NCBI GenBank assembly: GCA_965218695.1
Contig: OZ244651.1
Span: 1,856,001 to 1,920,000 of the forward strand
DNA: 64,000 nucleotides
Reading direction: 5' to 3'
From: Nitrosopumilus sp.
GTDB lineage: Archaea; Thermoproteota; Nitrososphaeria; Nitrososphaerales; Nitrosopumilaceae
The translations under genes and the position numbers were made by a program. Shown here piece by piece: positions 48,279 to 57,784 of this stretch. Position 1 is the first letter of the stretch; every line of letters starts with the position of its first letter. The notes under the pieces were generated by a model. That model was not told where the DNA came from and ran no database searches. It saw only the letters and a program-made list of their open reading frames with translations.

Positions 48279-48336
48279 GCAGATGGGGGGGCAGGTCTCA
48301 ATTTATGTATATATAGATCTGATCCGGAATAGTGTG

Positions 48337-49350
48337 ATGGAAAAGAAGAAGAAGAAAGTTGTGGCACTGCTCTCCGGCGGCCTGGACAGCCAGCTTGCAG
48401 TGAGGATGATGCAAAAGCAGGGCTTTGAGGTGTCTGCAGTGGCAATCAAGACCCCCTTTTGCGACTTTGACTGCGGCAGGGGCTGCGGGTTTGAGATAAG
48501 GGAGAGGGCAGAGGATCTCAACGTGAATTTGAAGACGGTCTACCTTGGAGACGAGTATATCGAGATGCTAAAGAGCCCAAAGCACGGAAGGGGCGCAGGG
48601 TTCAACCCGTGTATCGACTGCCGCGCCATGATGTTCAAGGCTGCAAAGAAGCACATGGAGGATATCGGCGCCGAGTTTGTCATATCAGGCGAGGTGTTGG
48701 GACAGCGCCCCATGAGCCAGCACGGGCCGGCCCTGAGAACCATCGAAAAGGAGTCCGAACTGGCGGGAAAGATAGTGCGGCCGCTCTCTGCAGGGCTGTT
48801 GCCCAAGACTGACCCCGAAAGGGACGGGCTGATAAGGAGAGAGGACATGGGGTTGATCAGGGGCAGGACCAGAAGGAACCAGCTGCAGATGGCAAAAGAG
48901 TACGGGATAGAGGATCCGCCCAATGCCGGCGGGGGGTGCCTGCTGACTGAGCCGCAGTTCGGGGTGAAGGCCAGGGATCTCTTCGGGCACACGGAGACCC
49001 CCACCATAAATGACATCGACCTGCTGAAGGTGGGCAGGCACTTTAGGCTAGATGAGGAGACAAAGTTCGTGGTGGGAAGGAACAAGGACGAAAACGAGAT
49101 GATTGCGGCAATAGCGCTGCCAGGGGACATACTGCTTGAGGCACAAGACCACGTAGGGCCGGTCTCGATTCTGCGCGGGAAGAATGCAGCGTCCCATGTG
49201 GAGTTTGCAGCATCGGTGACCCTCAGATACTCTGATGCGCCAAAAGACGAGACGGGAACCGTCTTGGTAAGGGAGGAGGACGGGAAGAAGACCAGAAACA
49301 TTGGCTCAGCATGCGCAAAAGAGTCCGATTACATCGGGTTTAGACTATAG
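48337..49350 (+). CDS. ThiI/MnmA-like PP-loop tRNA thiouridylase-family protein
   Basis: LLSGGLDS, NPCIDCR, GEVLGQRPMSQ, AGGGCLLT, GRHFR. Confidence 0.85.
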   Translation: MEKKKKKVVALLSGGLDSQLAVRMMQKQGFEVSAVAIKTPFCDFDCGRGCGFEIRERAEDLNVNLKTVYLGDEYIEMLKSPKHGRGAGFNPCIDCRAMMFKAAKKHMEDIGAEFVISGEVLGQRPMSQHGPALRTIEKESELAGKIVRPLSAGLLPKTDPERDGLIRREDMGLIRGRTRRNQLQMAKEYGIEDPPNAGGGCLLTEPQFGVKARDLFGHTETPTINDIDLLKVGRHFRLDEETKFVVGRNKDENEMIAAIALPGDILLEAQDHVGPVSILRGKNAASHVEFAASVTLRYSDAPKDETGTVLVREEDGKKTRNIGSACAKESDYIGFRL

Positions 49351-49412
49351 GCGCAGAAAAATCCCGGGCTCATGGAAGAGTTTTTGAGGAAGTAGATCGC
49401 AGTTTAGCCAGA

Positions 49413-49691
49413 ATGCAGAAGCAGGAGAGTCCCACGTACCTCAAGGCGATAACAATCAAGGACGTCAGTGACATGCATTCCATACGGGAGGACATCAAAA
49501 AGGAGATGATTCTGATTCTGAGGGTGACTCCCCTTGCACAAAAGGATGTCGGGCAGCTGCGCAAGCTGGTCGAGGAGGTGTACGCAGTCGCAAAGGCCTC
49601 CGATGCAGACATTGCAAGGCTTGGCGAGGAGAGAATCATTGTGACTCCCCCGAACATAAAGATCTGGAAGCCCGAGTACGACTTAAAATAG
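49413..49691 (+). CDS. sepF: Cell division protein SepF (archaeal)
   Basis: ILILRVTPL..ADIARLGEERIIVTPP. Confidence 0.85.
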   Translation: MQKQESPTYLKAITIKDVSDMHSIREDIKKEMILILRVTPLAQKDVGQLRKLVEEVYAVAKASDADIARLGEERIIVTPPNIKIWKPEYDLK

Positions 49692-51623
49692 CTTGATTGC
49701 TTCCTGTACCTGCGGATAGTGAGAGGTGAGCCTGTACATCCGTCTTATGCTGGTGGCAAGGTTCTCTGACTTTTTGCGCTCACCGTGGTTGACCAAGACG
49801 CGGCGGAGCTTGGGCCTGAGCCTCTGGACAAACGACATGAGCTGGTTGTAGTCGCTGTGCCCGCTGAAGCCGTCGAGTTTTTCGACACTGCAGCTGATGG
49901 TGACTGCCTCAACCTTGCCTGCCTTGCCCAGCATGGTAACCTGTCTGGAACCGTCAAGGACCCGGCGCCCCATGGTGCCATTAACCTGATAGGAGACGAA
50001 GAGAATCTTGCTCTTTTTGTCAGGGGTAATGTTCTTAAAGTATTCCAGGACGGGGCCGCCCTCAAGCATGCCCGAGGTAGCAAGGATGATGCACGGGGAG
50101 TTCTCCCTCATGGGCTCCTCCCTGGCATCTGCGTGTTCGATGTTGGTAAAGTACTCCGAGTCAAACGGGTTGTCGTCTGTCTCCAGAATCTTCTGCCGGA
50201 GCTCCTTGGCAAGGTACTCCGGATAGGACTCGTGGATTGCAGAGGCCTCAGATATCATTCCCTCGGTGAATACGGATGCCTCGATCATCTGGCCGGACTT
50301 CATGTAGTGGTCTATTACCATCATGATCTCTTGGGCCCTGCCTACCGCCGGGATTGGTATCAGGACCTTGCCGCCGTCTGCAAGGGTGTTGTTTACCGTG
50401 TTTATGAAGGCAGACTCTACCTCCTGCCTGCTTGGCTGTATGTCCTCCTTGAGGCCGTACGTGCTTTCAATGAGAAGCGTCTCCACCCGGGGGAAGTTCC
50501 AGCTGGCAGCCTCAAACAGGATGCTCTTGCCAAACTTAATGTCGCCAGAGTATACAAAGTTGTGGTCGCCATTACCGATATGGAAGTGGCACAGCGCAGA
50601 GCCCAGTATGTGGCCGGCGTTTGCAAGAACCAGCTTGATGTCAGGGGATATGTCAGTGACGGTATTGTAGGGTAGCGTGATGGCCTGCCTCATGATCTGC
50701 TTTACGTCCCTCTCCGAGTAGATCGGGGTCCTGCCCTGCGCGGCTGCCACCTTTATGGCATCCAGCTGGATGAGGTTCATCATGGGGAGCGTGGGCTCCG
50801 TGCAGTATATGGGGCCCTTGTATCCGTACTTGGAGAGGACGGGGAGGAACCCCGTGTGGTCCAAGTGTGCATGGCCGATGACCACGGCGTCAAGCTCGTC
50901 CAAGGTCAGATGGAGGGAGTCAAGTCTCGGGAATGTGTCCATCGGGGAGCGCGCGCCGGGGTTTATTCCGCAGTCGATCAGAATCTTGCTCTCCGGGGTG
51001 GACAGGAGCAGCGAGGATCTTCCCACCTGGCCGAATCCACCAAGTGTGTACAGGGAGACTTCTGTCCTCTGCGAGAGCCTAGGCCTGAATATCTCGTCGC
51101 CTATCTGCTTGAGCTGCTTGCTTCTCTCAGAGGAGGCCTGCTTCAGGGTCGCGTTGATGGTCTGGATGGTGCGCGAGGGTATGGTTGTGGCCTTTCGGAT
51201 GCGCAGCCTCCAGCCTGTCTTTTCAGTTATCAGGACATGGTCAAACTCCTTTGCGTTTCTCTGCAGCAGCCAGGGTCTCTTTGCCTCGACGGAGACCTCG
51301 CCTGTGGTGGTGTCAAAGATGGCTCCCTGCAGGTTTGCCTCCTTGGGAACGGATTCGGATATTGTGTGCCAGGCCTCGTCCTCTGATTTTCTGATGGACT
51401 CGTCGGTTCTTATCACGATCCTCTTCTTTATGACGTTTACAAGGTTTGATATCTTCTCGCCATTCTCCATGAGGTAGCGGGGGGAGTTTGTGTAGAGGGC
51501 GATTCTAGGGCCCTCGTACTCTATTTTTGTAATTTTTGCCTCTTTTGGAATACTTGTCAGTATGGTAGCCATGATGTTTTGGCTAGTAGGAGCTGGTTCT
51601 CTCGGGTGGTTTTTTCTTTGCAT
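49683..51623 (-). CDS. fttA: Beta-CASP ribonuclease aCPSF1 (transcription termination factor)
   Basis: N-terminal KH domains (IEYEGP), LGGFGQVGRS, HAHLDH, AGHILGS, GFSGHSD, NHGE. Confidence 0.95.
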   Translation of the reverse strand: MQRKNHPREPAPTSQNIMATILTSIPKEAKITKIEYEGPRIALYTNSPRYLMENGEKISNLVNVIKKRIVIRTDESIRKSEDEAWHTISESVPKEANLQGAIFDTTTGEVSVEAKRPWLLQRNAKEFDHVLITEKTGWRLRIRKATTIPSRTIQTINATLKQASSERSKQLKQIGDEIFRPRLSQRTEVSLYTLGGFGQVGRSSLLLSTPESKILIDCGINPGARSPMDTFPRLDSLHLTLDELDAVVIGHAHLDHTGFLPVLSKYGYKGPIYCTEPTLPMMNLIQLDAIKVAAAQGRTPIYSERDVKQIMRQAITLPYNTVTDISPDIKLVLANAGHILGSALCHFHIGNGDHNFVYSGDIKFGKSILFEAASWNFPRVETLLIESTYGLKEDIQPSRQEVESAFINTVNNTLADGGKVLIPIPAVGRAQEIMMVIDHYMKSGQMIEASVFTEGMISEASAIHESYPEYLAKELRQKILETDDNPFDSEYFTNIEHADAREEPMRENSPCIILATSGMLEGGPVLEYFKNITPDKKSKILFVSYQVNGTMGRRVLDGSRQVTMLGKAGKVEAVTISCSVEKLDGFSGHSDYNQLMSFVQRLRPKLRRVLVNHGERKKSENLATSIRRMYRLTSHYPQVQEAIKLF

Positions 51624-51630
51624 TGAATCA

Positions 51631-52263
51631 CTAAAGTTTGATGACTGCCTTCTTTTGCTCGTCAGTCAAGAGGCGGAATCCGTCTTTGTCTATGACTGCG
51701 ACGTTGATCCCGTCGCCGGTTCCGATGTTTCGGACTATTGCCGCCCGAACCGCACGCAGGGCAATCTTCTTGGCACTCTCCACGGTAAGGTTCTCCCGGT
51801 ACTCCTCCTCAAGCAGGCCGTATGCCACAAGCGAGCCGCTGCCGGTCGTAACATACGACTTTTTCTCGACGGAGCCGAACATGTCTATGTTGAAGAGCGC
51901 GGAGCCCTGTGCGTCATACCCGCCCACCAGAATATCGGCCATGAATGGGTATCCGCGGTTCTGGTGGAATATCAGCGAGCAGAGTCTTGCGATGGAGTGG
52001 ATTGGGATGGGGTGTGGTTTCTCGACCCTGTGGAGGTTGGAGTGGTATCGTAATATGTCAACAATGTTCTGTGCGTCTGCAACCCCTCCTGCCAGAGTCA
52101 GTCCTGCGTGAAGATCGATCTTTTGAATCTTCATGGTGTTGTTGTTTGCAATGAAGTATCCTGCGCTGGCCCTCATGTCGGCACACAGCACCACACCATC
52201 AGTAGCCTTGATACCTACAGTGGTTGTCCCGTGCAGAATTTTTTCCTCGACATTGCTTGACAA
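51631..52263 (-). CDS. psmB: Proteasome beta subunit
   Basis: Propeptide followed by HG|TTTVG, ADMRASAG, TGSGS. Confidence 0.95.
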   Translation of the reverse strand: MSSNVEEKILHGTTTVGIKATDGVVLCADMRASAGYFIANNNTMKIQKIDLHAGLTLAGGVADAQNIVDILRYHSNLHRVEKPHPIPIHSIARLCSLIFHQNRGYPFMADILVGGYDAQGSALFNIDMFGSVEKKSYVTTGSGSLVAYGLLEEEYRENLTVESAKKIALRAVRAAIVRNIGTGDGINVAVIDKDGFRLLTDEQKKAVIKL

Positions 52264-52331
52264 AAATACACCTATTAAGATAATGAATATTGGATATTAC
52301 CCTTTTAAATAACTTTTTGATCCTTCCAATA

Positions 52332-53396
52332 ATGGGAAAAAGTCAGGACAGAACAAAGTCGCACACAATGGAGCTCCCCAGGCTGATGGAGATCGGGGAG
52401 GGAAACATGGACAGATTCGGAGGGTTTCTGGAGTCGTTGGGCAGGCCCAAAACAGTCTCCATGATATCGGGCGCGAACGTTCAGGGCATACTGGGAAAGA
52501 GAATCCAGAGATCGCTTGAATCAAGTGGGATCAGGTTTACATGGCATGCGCCAGGAGACAGCCAGATCAGATCCATCAACAGGATTCAGAAACAGGTCAC
52601 AGAGGACGGTTCGGACATGATTGTCGGGATGGGGGGAGGCAGATCCGTTGACACTGCAAAGATGATCTCATACCGACTGGGCAAGCCGTTTGTCAGTCTG
52701 CCCACGGCAGCATCCCATGACGGAATGGCAAGTCCGTTTGTCTCCGTAAGAAGCCACAGGCCCCATTCCATCGTTGCATCTGCACCCATGGGGGTCTTTG
52801 TGGATATAGACGTGGTCAGGAAGGCGCCTGCAAGACTGCTTGCAAGCGGCTGCGGGGATCTTGTGGCAAACATAGTTGCGGTAAGGGACTGGCAGATTGG
52901 CCATGAGAGGAATGGCGAGTATTACGGAAGGTATTCATCGGATCTGGCCATGATGAGTGCCAAGATAGTTATGGAAAACTCTGCAGAGTTTGCAAGGAAC
53001 GGTCTGGATGCAAGGGTGATTGTAGAGGGACTGATCAGCGCAGGCGTGGCATCATGCATTGCGGGAAGCAGCAGGCCGTGTTCGGGGTCAGAGCACCTCT
53101 TCTCACACGCACTTGACAAGATTGCCCCGGGCATCGGGCTTCATGGAGAGAAATGCGGACTGGGTTCCATAATGATGGCAAAGCTGCAGGGACAGAACTG
53201 GAAGAAGATTGTAAAGACGTTAAGGGATGTAGGGGCCCCAACTACTGCAGCGCAGATTGGCATCGGGCAGGATGCAGTCATCAAGGCACTGACCATTGCA
53301 CAGGAGCTGAGGCCGGAGAGGTACACGATTCTCAAGGAGGCAGAGATGACTGAAAAGAGCGCAGCGGATCTTGCAAGAAGCACAAGAATAATCTAG
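52332..53396 (+). CDS. egsA: sn-glycerol-1-phosphate dehydrogenase
   Basis: GMGGGRSVDTAK, PTAASHDG.ASP, SRPCSGSEHLFSHALD, LHGE. Confidence 0.94.
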   Translation: MGKSQDRTKSHTMELPRLMEIGEGNMDRFGGFLESLGRPKTVSMISGANVQGILGKRIQRSLESSGIRFTWHAPGDSQIRSINRIQKQVTEDGSDMIVGMGGGRSVDTAKMISYRLGKPFVSLPTAASHDGMASPFVSVRSHRPHSIVASAPMGVFVDIDVVRKAPARLLASGCGDLVANIVAVRDWQIGHERNGEYYGRYSSDLAMMSAKIVMENSAEFARNGLDARVIVEGLISAGVASCIAGSSRPCSGSEHLFSHALDKIAPGIGLHGEKCGLGSIMMAKLQGQNWKKIVKTLRDVGAPTTAAQIGIGQDAVIKALTIAQELRPERYTILKEAEMTEKSAADLARSTRII

Positions 53397-53399
53397 AGT

Positions 53400-54284
53400 C
53401 TATTGTTCAGGGGCCTGGCCTGCACTTGGAGTTTGGGCCGATGTGTCAGTGTCCGGAGCCTGGTCGGCGTCCGGAGCCTGGTCGGCGTCCGGAGCCTGGT
53501 CGGCGTCCGGAGCCTGGTCGGCGTCCGGAGCTTGGTCGGCGTCCGGAGCCTGGTCGGCAACATCTGTCTCGGTGGTGCTCTGTGGGAGTGGGCGCTGCGG
53601 GTTTGTATACACCTCGATGAAGCTGATCTCGTCTATAGTGGGCACAAACTTGAATATGTCGGATTGAACAAAATTCTTTCCCATACGCAGATCGTTACGA
53701 CGCGACTCCTCGGTGGGAATTGTAATGTTTAGCTTGTTCCCGGCAAGCTCAAAGGAGGCATCCGATGTGTGCAGATGCAGTCGTTCCCTGATGATTTGGG
53801 CGACCCGGTCGTCTGCGTCATCGACGGACTTGACTACGTGTACGTCGTAGACGATCGTCTTGCCGGCGTATCTGTGGTTGTAGTCCATCTGGACACGTCC
53901 GGATCCGATAAAACGTATCGTTCCGATCTTGCCGTCAATCTCAACCCTGTCTCCGGCAGAGACCTTCTCTGCGTCATCACCAAGCTTCCTAAGGGAGATC
54001 ATTCTGATTTTGCTGGGATCCTTTTCGCCAAAGGCCATGTCAGGTGCAAGTTCGATTGTGCGCCGCTCATCGACTACGGTTTCTGCCAGTATTTTGTCGA
54101 CCCCTTCCAGAATTGGATACGACGTGTCACCTACGGAGATCAGTTTTGGCTCGTAGTGTGCGTGCTCGTCATGCATAAGATGCTTTTCTGCCACATCCGC
54201 AGACGTTGTATCAAAGACATCTCCGGTCTCCTTTATGGTTGCAGTGTAATCCACTAGAATCAGAGAGCCCTTCGCGAAAGCCAT
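53400..54284 (-). CDS. FKBP-type peptidyl-prolyl isomerase (long SlyD-like) with a repetitive C-terminal tail
   Basis: LVDYT..GDVFDTT, AFGEKDP, DYNHRYAGKT. Confidence 0.9.
   Translation of the reverse strand: MAFAKGSLILVDYTATIKETGDVFDTTSADVAEKHLMHDEHAHYEPKLISVGDTSYPILEGVDKILAETVVDERRTIELAPDMAFGEKDPSKIRMISLRKLGDDAEKVSAGDRVEIDGKIGTIRFIGSGRVQMDYNHRYAGKTIVYDVHVVKSVDDADDRVAQIIRERLHLHTSDASFELAGNKLNITIPTEESRRNDLRMGKNFVQSDIFKFVPTIDEISFIEVYTNPQRPLPQSTTETDVADQAPDADQAPDADQAPDADQAPDADQAPDADQAPDTDTSAQTPSAGQAPEQ
53451..53558 (-). repeat. 18-bp tandem repeat x6 encoding (ADQAPD)6
   Basis: gtccggagcctggtcggc x6, with one synonymous variant in the fifth copy. Confidence 0.95.
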
Positions 54285-54494
54285 TGTACTCGATCTTGAA
54301 TTTCCATATATTAAGCTAGACACGGGGAGCCCAGAAACGTATATGGTCGCCTGTCATTTTACGTAACACGTCGACCTCCAGGGGGATCATACCGTGATCT
54401 TTTAACAGATCATGACGAGGCCATTCTGGTAGATGGTCTCAGGCATGCATATCTATGCCTATAAGTCAAAATGCAGTTCCGGCACATGCCAAAA

Positions 54495-55670
54495 TCAGAG
54501 GGCGTTTAGCTTCTCTTCTGCCACGCGCAGGCCTGCCTGTATGTCCGTGTCATAACCCATCATGGCCAGCGTGGACGCAATTCCGGAGATGGCCCTCATT
54601 ACATGGTACCTGTTTATCTCTCCCATGCATCCTACCCGGAACACCTTGCCTTTCAGGTCTCCAAACCCGCCTGCAACCAGAATTCTAAATTTTTTGGACA
54701 GCGTATCACGGAATATCTTGTCCTCCAGTCCATCCAGATAGTTTAATGCAATTACAACCGTGGAGCGGGAGTCCTTGTCTGCAAACGGCGTCAGCCCGAT
54801 CTCAGACAGTCCAGAGTATAGGGCCTCAGAGCAGACCCGGTGGCGGTGAATCCTGTTCTCCATCCCCTCCTCAAGGATGATTCTCAGGGCCTCCCTGTAT
54901 GCGTAAAGCACAGGCAGGGCAGGCGTAAACGGAGTGTGCTTTGACTCGTCATAATATTTGAAGTATCTTGGAAGGTTAAAGTACATCGTTTTTGGCGGGT
55001 TTGCCTCCATGTATCTCCTGGTCCTTTGATTCACACAGATCGGTGAGATTCCCGGTGGGGCGGCAAACGCCTTCTGTCCACCGGTCATGGCAATATCAAT
55101 TCCCCACTTGTCCATGTGAAGCTCCTCGCCGCCCACAATGGACACACCATCAAGTACATAGTAGGAGTCGTTTCTTGACGTGAGATCCTTTACCCTGTCA
55201 AGATAGTTCAGCATGGTCCCAGTGGAGGTTTCGTTCCAGACGCAGTAGAATGCCTTGACATCGCTGTTGTTGTCAAATGCCTCCTTGACCTGATCAAATG
55301 TGGCATTGACGCCAGGCGTGGTCTCAACTCGAATCGCCTGGCCTCCGGCCCATTCAATCTGCTGTGCCAGCCGGGAGCTGAACTCTCCGTTTACTGGAAT
55401 TATCACCTTGTCGCCCTTTTTGATCAGGTTTAATACAGAACACTCAGTGGCGCCGGTACCGGATGAGGACAGGCATACTGCGTCCCCTTCTGTCTCAAAG
55501 ACGCTCTTGGTGTTGTCCACGCACTCCTTGTAGAGCTCCACAAAGTCATCGCTACGGTGGTTGATTGGATAGGTGATCATTGCCCTAGTTACACGTTCAG
55601 GAACATTTGTCGGTCCGGGCAACATAACTAGGTATTCCAAATCAGTCTCAAGTAGTGTTTTTGCAGGCAT
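54495..55670 (-). CDS. Class V PLP-dependent aminotransferase (serine-pyruvate/alanine-glyoxylate type)
   Basis: MLPGPT, NHRS, NETSTG, DGVS, GGQKAF..PPG, PFTP, FRVGCMG. Confidence 0.92.
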   Translation of the reverse strand: MPAKTLLETDLEYLVMLPGPTNVPERVTRAMITYPINHRSDDFVELYKECVDNTKSVFETEGDAVCLSSSGTGATECSVLNLIKKGDKVIIPVNGEFSSRLAQQIEWAGGQAIRVETTPGVNATFDQVKEAFDNNSDVKAFYCVWNETSTGTMLNYLDRVKDLTSRNDSYYVLDGVSIVGGEELHMDKWGIDIAMTGGQKAFAAPPGISPICVNQRTRRYMEANPPKTMYFNLPRYFKYYDESKHTPFTPALPVLYAYREALRIILEEGMENRIHRHRVCSEALYSGLSEIGLTPFADKDSRSTVVIALNYLDGLEDKIFRDTLSKKFRILVAGGFGDLKGKVFRVGCMGEINRYHVMRAISGIASTLAMMGYDTDIQAGLRVAEEKLNAL

Positions 55671-56182
55671 TATTTAAAATTAGAGGAATGCACGCGTGAG
55701 GCGCCGGACTCTTCTAGGAACCTGCGGGTTCCGTCAGGAACCAGACTTCTCCAGTCTCCGCTGCTGCTGCCGCCACCTGCAATCAGACTCCTGATGTTGG
55801 TACCGGAGAGAAGATCCCTCTGCAGGAACGGGATCGACTCTACCAGGACACCTCTCTCGGAGTAGAGGCGTTTTGTCAGTTCGTCGTTTGAGAAGATGGT
55901 TCCAAAATCAGGCACAATGGTACTGATCATCTCAATCCATCTGATATGGTTGTCCACATCAGGTATGGGGTAGATGGAGATCCTCTTCATGGTGCCATCA
56001 TCAATGGATGCGAGGATCATCTGCCTTCTCTCGTCAGCCGAGAACGGGTTGTTCCTGTCTGGAGTTTTGTTGGAGCTTCCCAGGCCCACCCACAGGTTGT
56101 TCACCCGGGACAGCGCAAACTGCAGTGCCTGCAGATGTCCCAGATGGAATGGTTGGAATCTTCCTATAAGCAGACCGTCCAT
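55670..56182 (-). CDS. nadM: Nicotinamide-nucleotide adenylyltransferase
   Basis: IGRFQPFHLGH, NPFSADER, SGTNIR. Confidence 0.92.
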   Translation of the reverse strand: MDGLLIGRFQPFHLGHLQALQFALSRVNNLWVGLGSSNKTPDRNNPFSADERRQMILASIDDGTMKRISIYPIPDVDNHIRWIEMISTIVPDFGTIFSNDELTKRLYSERGVLVESIPFLQRDLLSGTNIRSLIAGGGSSSGDWRSLVPDGTRRFLEESGASRVHSSNFK

Positions 56183-56242
56183 GCAGGAGCTTTGGATACC
56201 TTTTTAAAAAAACTATCATAGGGGTTTCAGGCAGGAGACGCG

Positions 56243-57259
56243 ATGGATCCTCTGGAGATTGACGGCGGGCGTGGCGAGGGCGGGGGACAGATAGTCCGCT
56301 CTGCAGTGGCCCTCTCGTGCATTACGGGAAGGCCCATACGTCTGAAGAATATCAGGAGGAACAGGAGGGTTTCAGGGCTGAGGCCCCAGCACGTTGCGGC
56401 AGTATCCATACTCCAAAGGATTGCAGGCGCGGAGGTGACAGGGGCCGGGATAGGATCCACGGAACTGAAGTTTGTTCCGGGCACAATGGGCAGCATGGAA
56501 CTGGTCGAGGATGTGGGGACTGCTGGAAGCATCCCGCTGATTCTGCAGGTCTTGATTCCGGTTGTAGCCGCCTCCCGCAACAGCCTGGATCTTACAATCA
56601 GGGGCGGGACTGACGTGGCCTGGAGCCCCTCGATGGATTACACCACGCACGTACTGGGGGAGGCATACTCCAGAATGGGTATGACGTTTTCACTTGAGGT
56701 GAGGAGGCGCGGATACTATCCAAGGGGCATGGGGGAGGTTGTTCTGCATGTGTCCCCGTCTGATCTCAGACCGGCTGCATTCTCCGGCAGGGGAACAGGC
56801 AGGGCTAAGATGGTCTGTACGTTCTCAAGACTTCCAAAGGAGGCAATACAAAGCGAGATCAGAAGAATCGGCGGGAACCTGACAGGATTAACCTTGGATG
56901 TAAGAATCACGGAAGATACTGCTGCAGATTCGGGCGCGTCCATGCTGGTCTTTGAGACCGGTGACCGCATAGCCGGGACAGATTCGTTGCTTGACAGGAA
57001 GACACGCAGGTTCGGGGTCGATGCGGACAGATTTGCAGAGTCCCCAGGGGTAGACGAGAATCTGGCAGACATGCTTGTTGTGCCTGCAAGTCTGTGTGAC
57101 GGAAGAACCTCATTCCGGGTTAGAAGCATCACAAGGCATATGGAGACGAATCTGTTTGTCGCCTCCAAGATTACGGGATGCAGGTACGGGATTGGTAGGC
57201 TTGATGACGGGTTCGAGGTGATAATTGACGGTGTCTCACACACCGGCGTCAAGCAGTGA
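56243..57259 (+). CDS. rtcA: RNA 3'-terminal phosphate cyclase
   Basis: IDGGRGEGGGQIVR, GLRPQH, GTAGSIPL, GGTDV.WSP, RRGYYPRG.G, ITRH.ETN. Confidence 0.93.
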   Translation: MDPLEIDGGRGEGGGQIVRSAVALSCITGRPIRLKNIRRNRRVSGLRPQHVAAVSILQRIAGAEVTGAGIGSTELKFVPGTMGSMELVEDVGTAGSIPLILQVLIPVVAASRNSLDLTIRGGTDVAWSPSMDYTTHVLGEAYSRMGMTFSLEVRRRGYYPRGMGEVVLHVSPSDLRPAAFSGRGTGRAKMVCTFSRLPKEAIQSEIRRIGGNLTGLTLDVRITEDTAADSGASMLVFETGDRIAGTDSLLDRKTRRFGVDADRFAESPGVDENLADMLVVPASLCDGRTSFRVRSITRHMETNLFVASKITGCRYGIGRLDDGFEVIIDGVSHTGVKQ

Positions 57260-57733
57260 TGCAAAGAACAGGATTGCCACTGACAGCACGACTGTAACCT
57301 CGCCGAGAATGATGATCTTCTTTCTAAGTTTTTGAATCTGCACATCAGATAACTGACCGGACATGATCTTCTTTTCCACATCCCCGCGTATTATCCGTAC
57401 ATGTATGAGATAGGTGATTATCAGTGCGACTACCAGGGTAATCTTGACTATGAGAAACATGCCATAGCTTGTAGCCACGAGGAGTTCAGGCCTGCCCAGC
57501 AGGGCGTGTGAGGTATACAGTCCTGTTGCCATCAGAATTATCAGCGAGGGGACCGCTATCAAGTTGAACCGTCTTCCAACACGGATCATGATCTGCATCC
57601 TCTCCTCTACGGATTCTGCTATTGTCTTTAAAAGCGGGGAGAACACGACCCCGATGAAGATCGAGCCGCCCACCCATATTGCAGCAGAGATGAGATGAAT
57701 CCACGTAAGAATTGCCTGTTCAAGCGCAGTCAT
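57236..57733 (-). CDS. CopD-like membrane protein
   Basis: WIHLISAAIWVGG, TGLY, SYG..LIVK, four TM helices. Confidence 0.8.
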   Translation of the reverse strand: MTALEQAILTWIHLISAAIWVGGSIFIGVVFSPLLKTIAESVEERMQIMIRVGRRFNLIAVPSLIILMATGLYTSHALLGRPELLVATSYGMFLIVKITLVVALIITYLIHVRIIRGDVEKKIMSGQLSDVQIQKLRKKIIILGEVTVVLSVAILFFASLLDAGV

Positions 57734-57784
57734 AGACTACAATGGACAGGGATCAAATATTATGTATTTGGGTAAGTCCACCTG

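Noticed and set aside
53451-53558. 18-bp repeats (and the 34-bp repeat at 31213) as a CRISPR array
   Set aside because: Head-to-tail with no spacers, and no cas genes in the window
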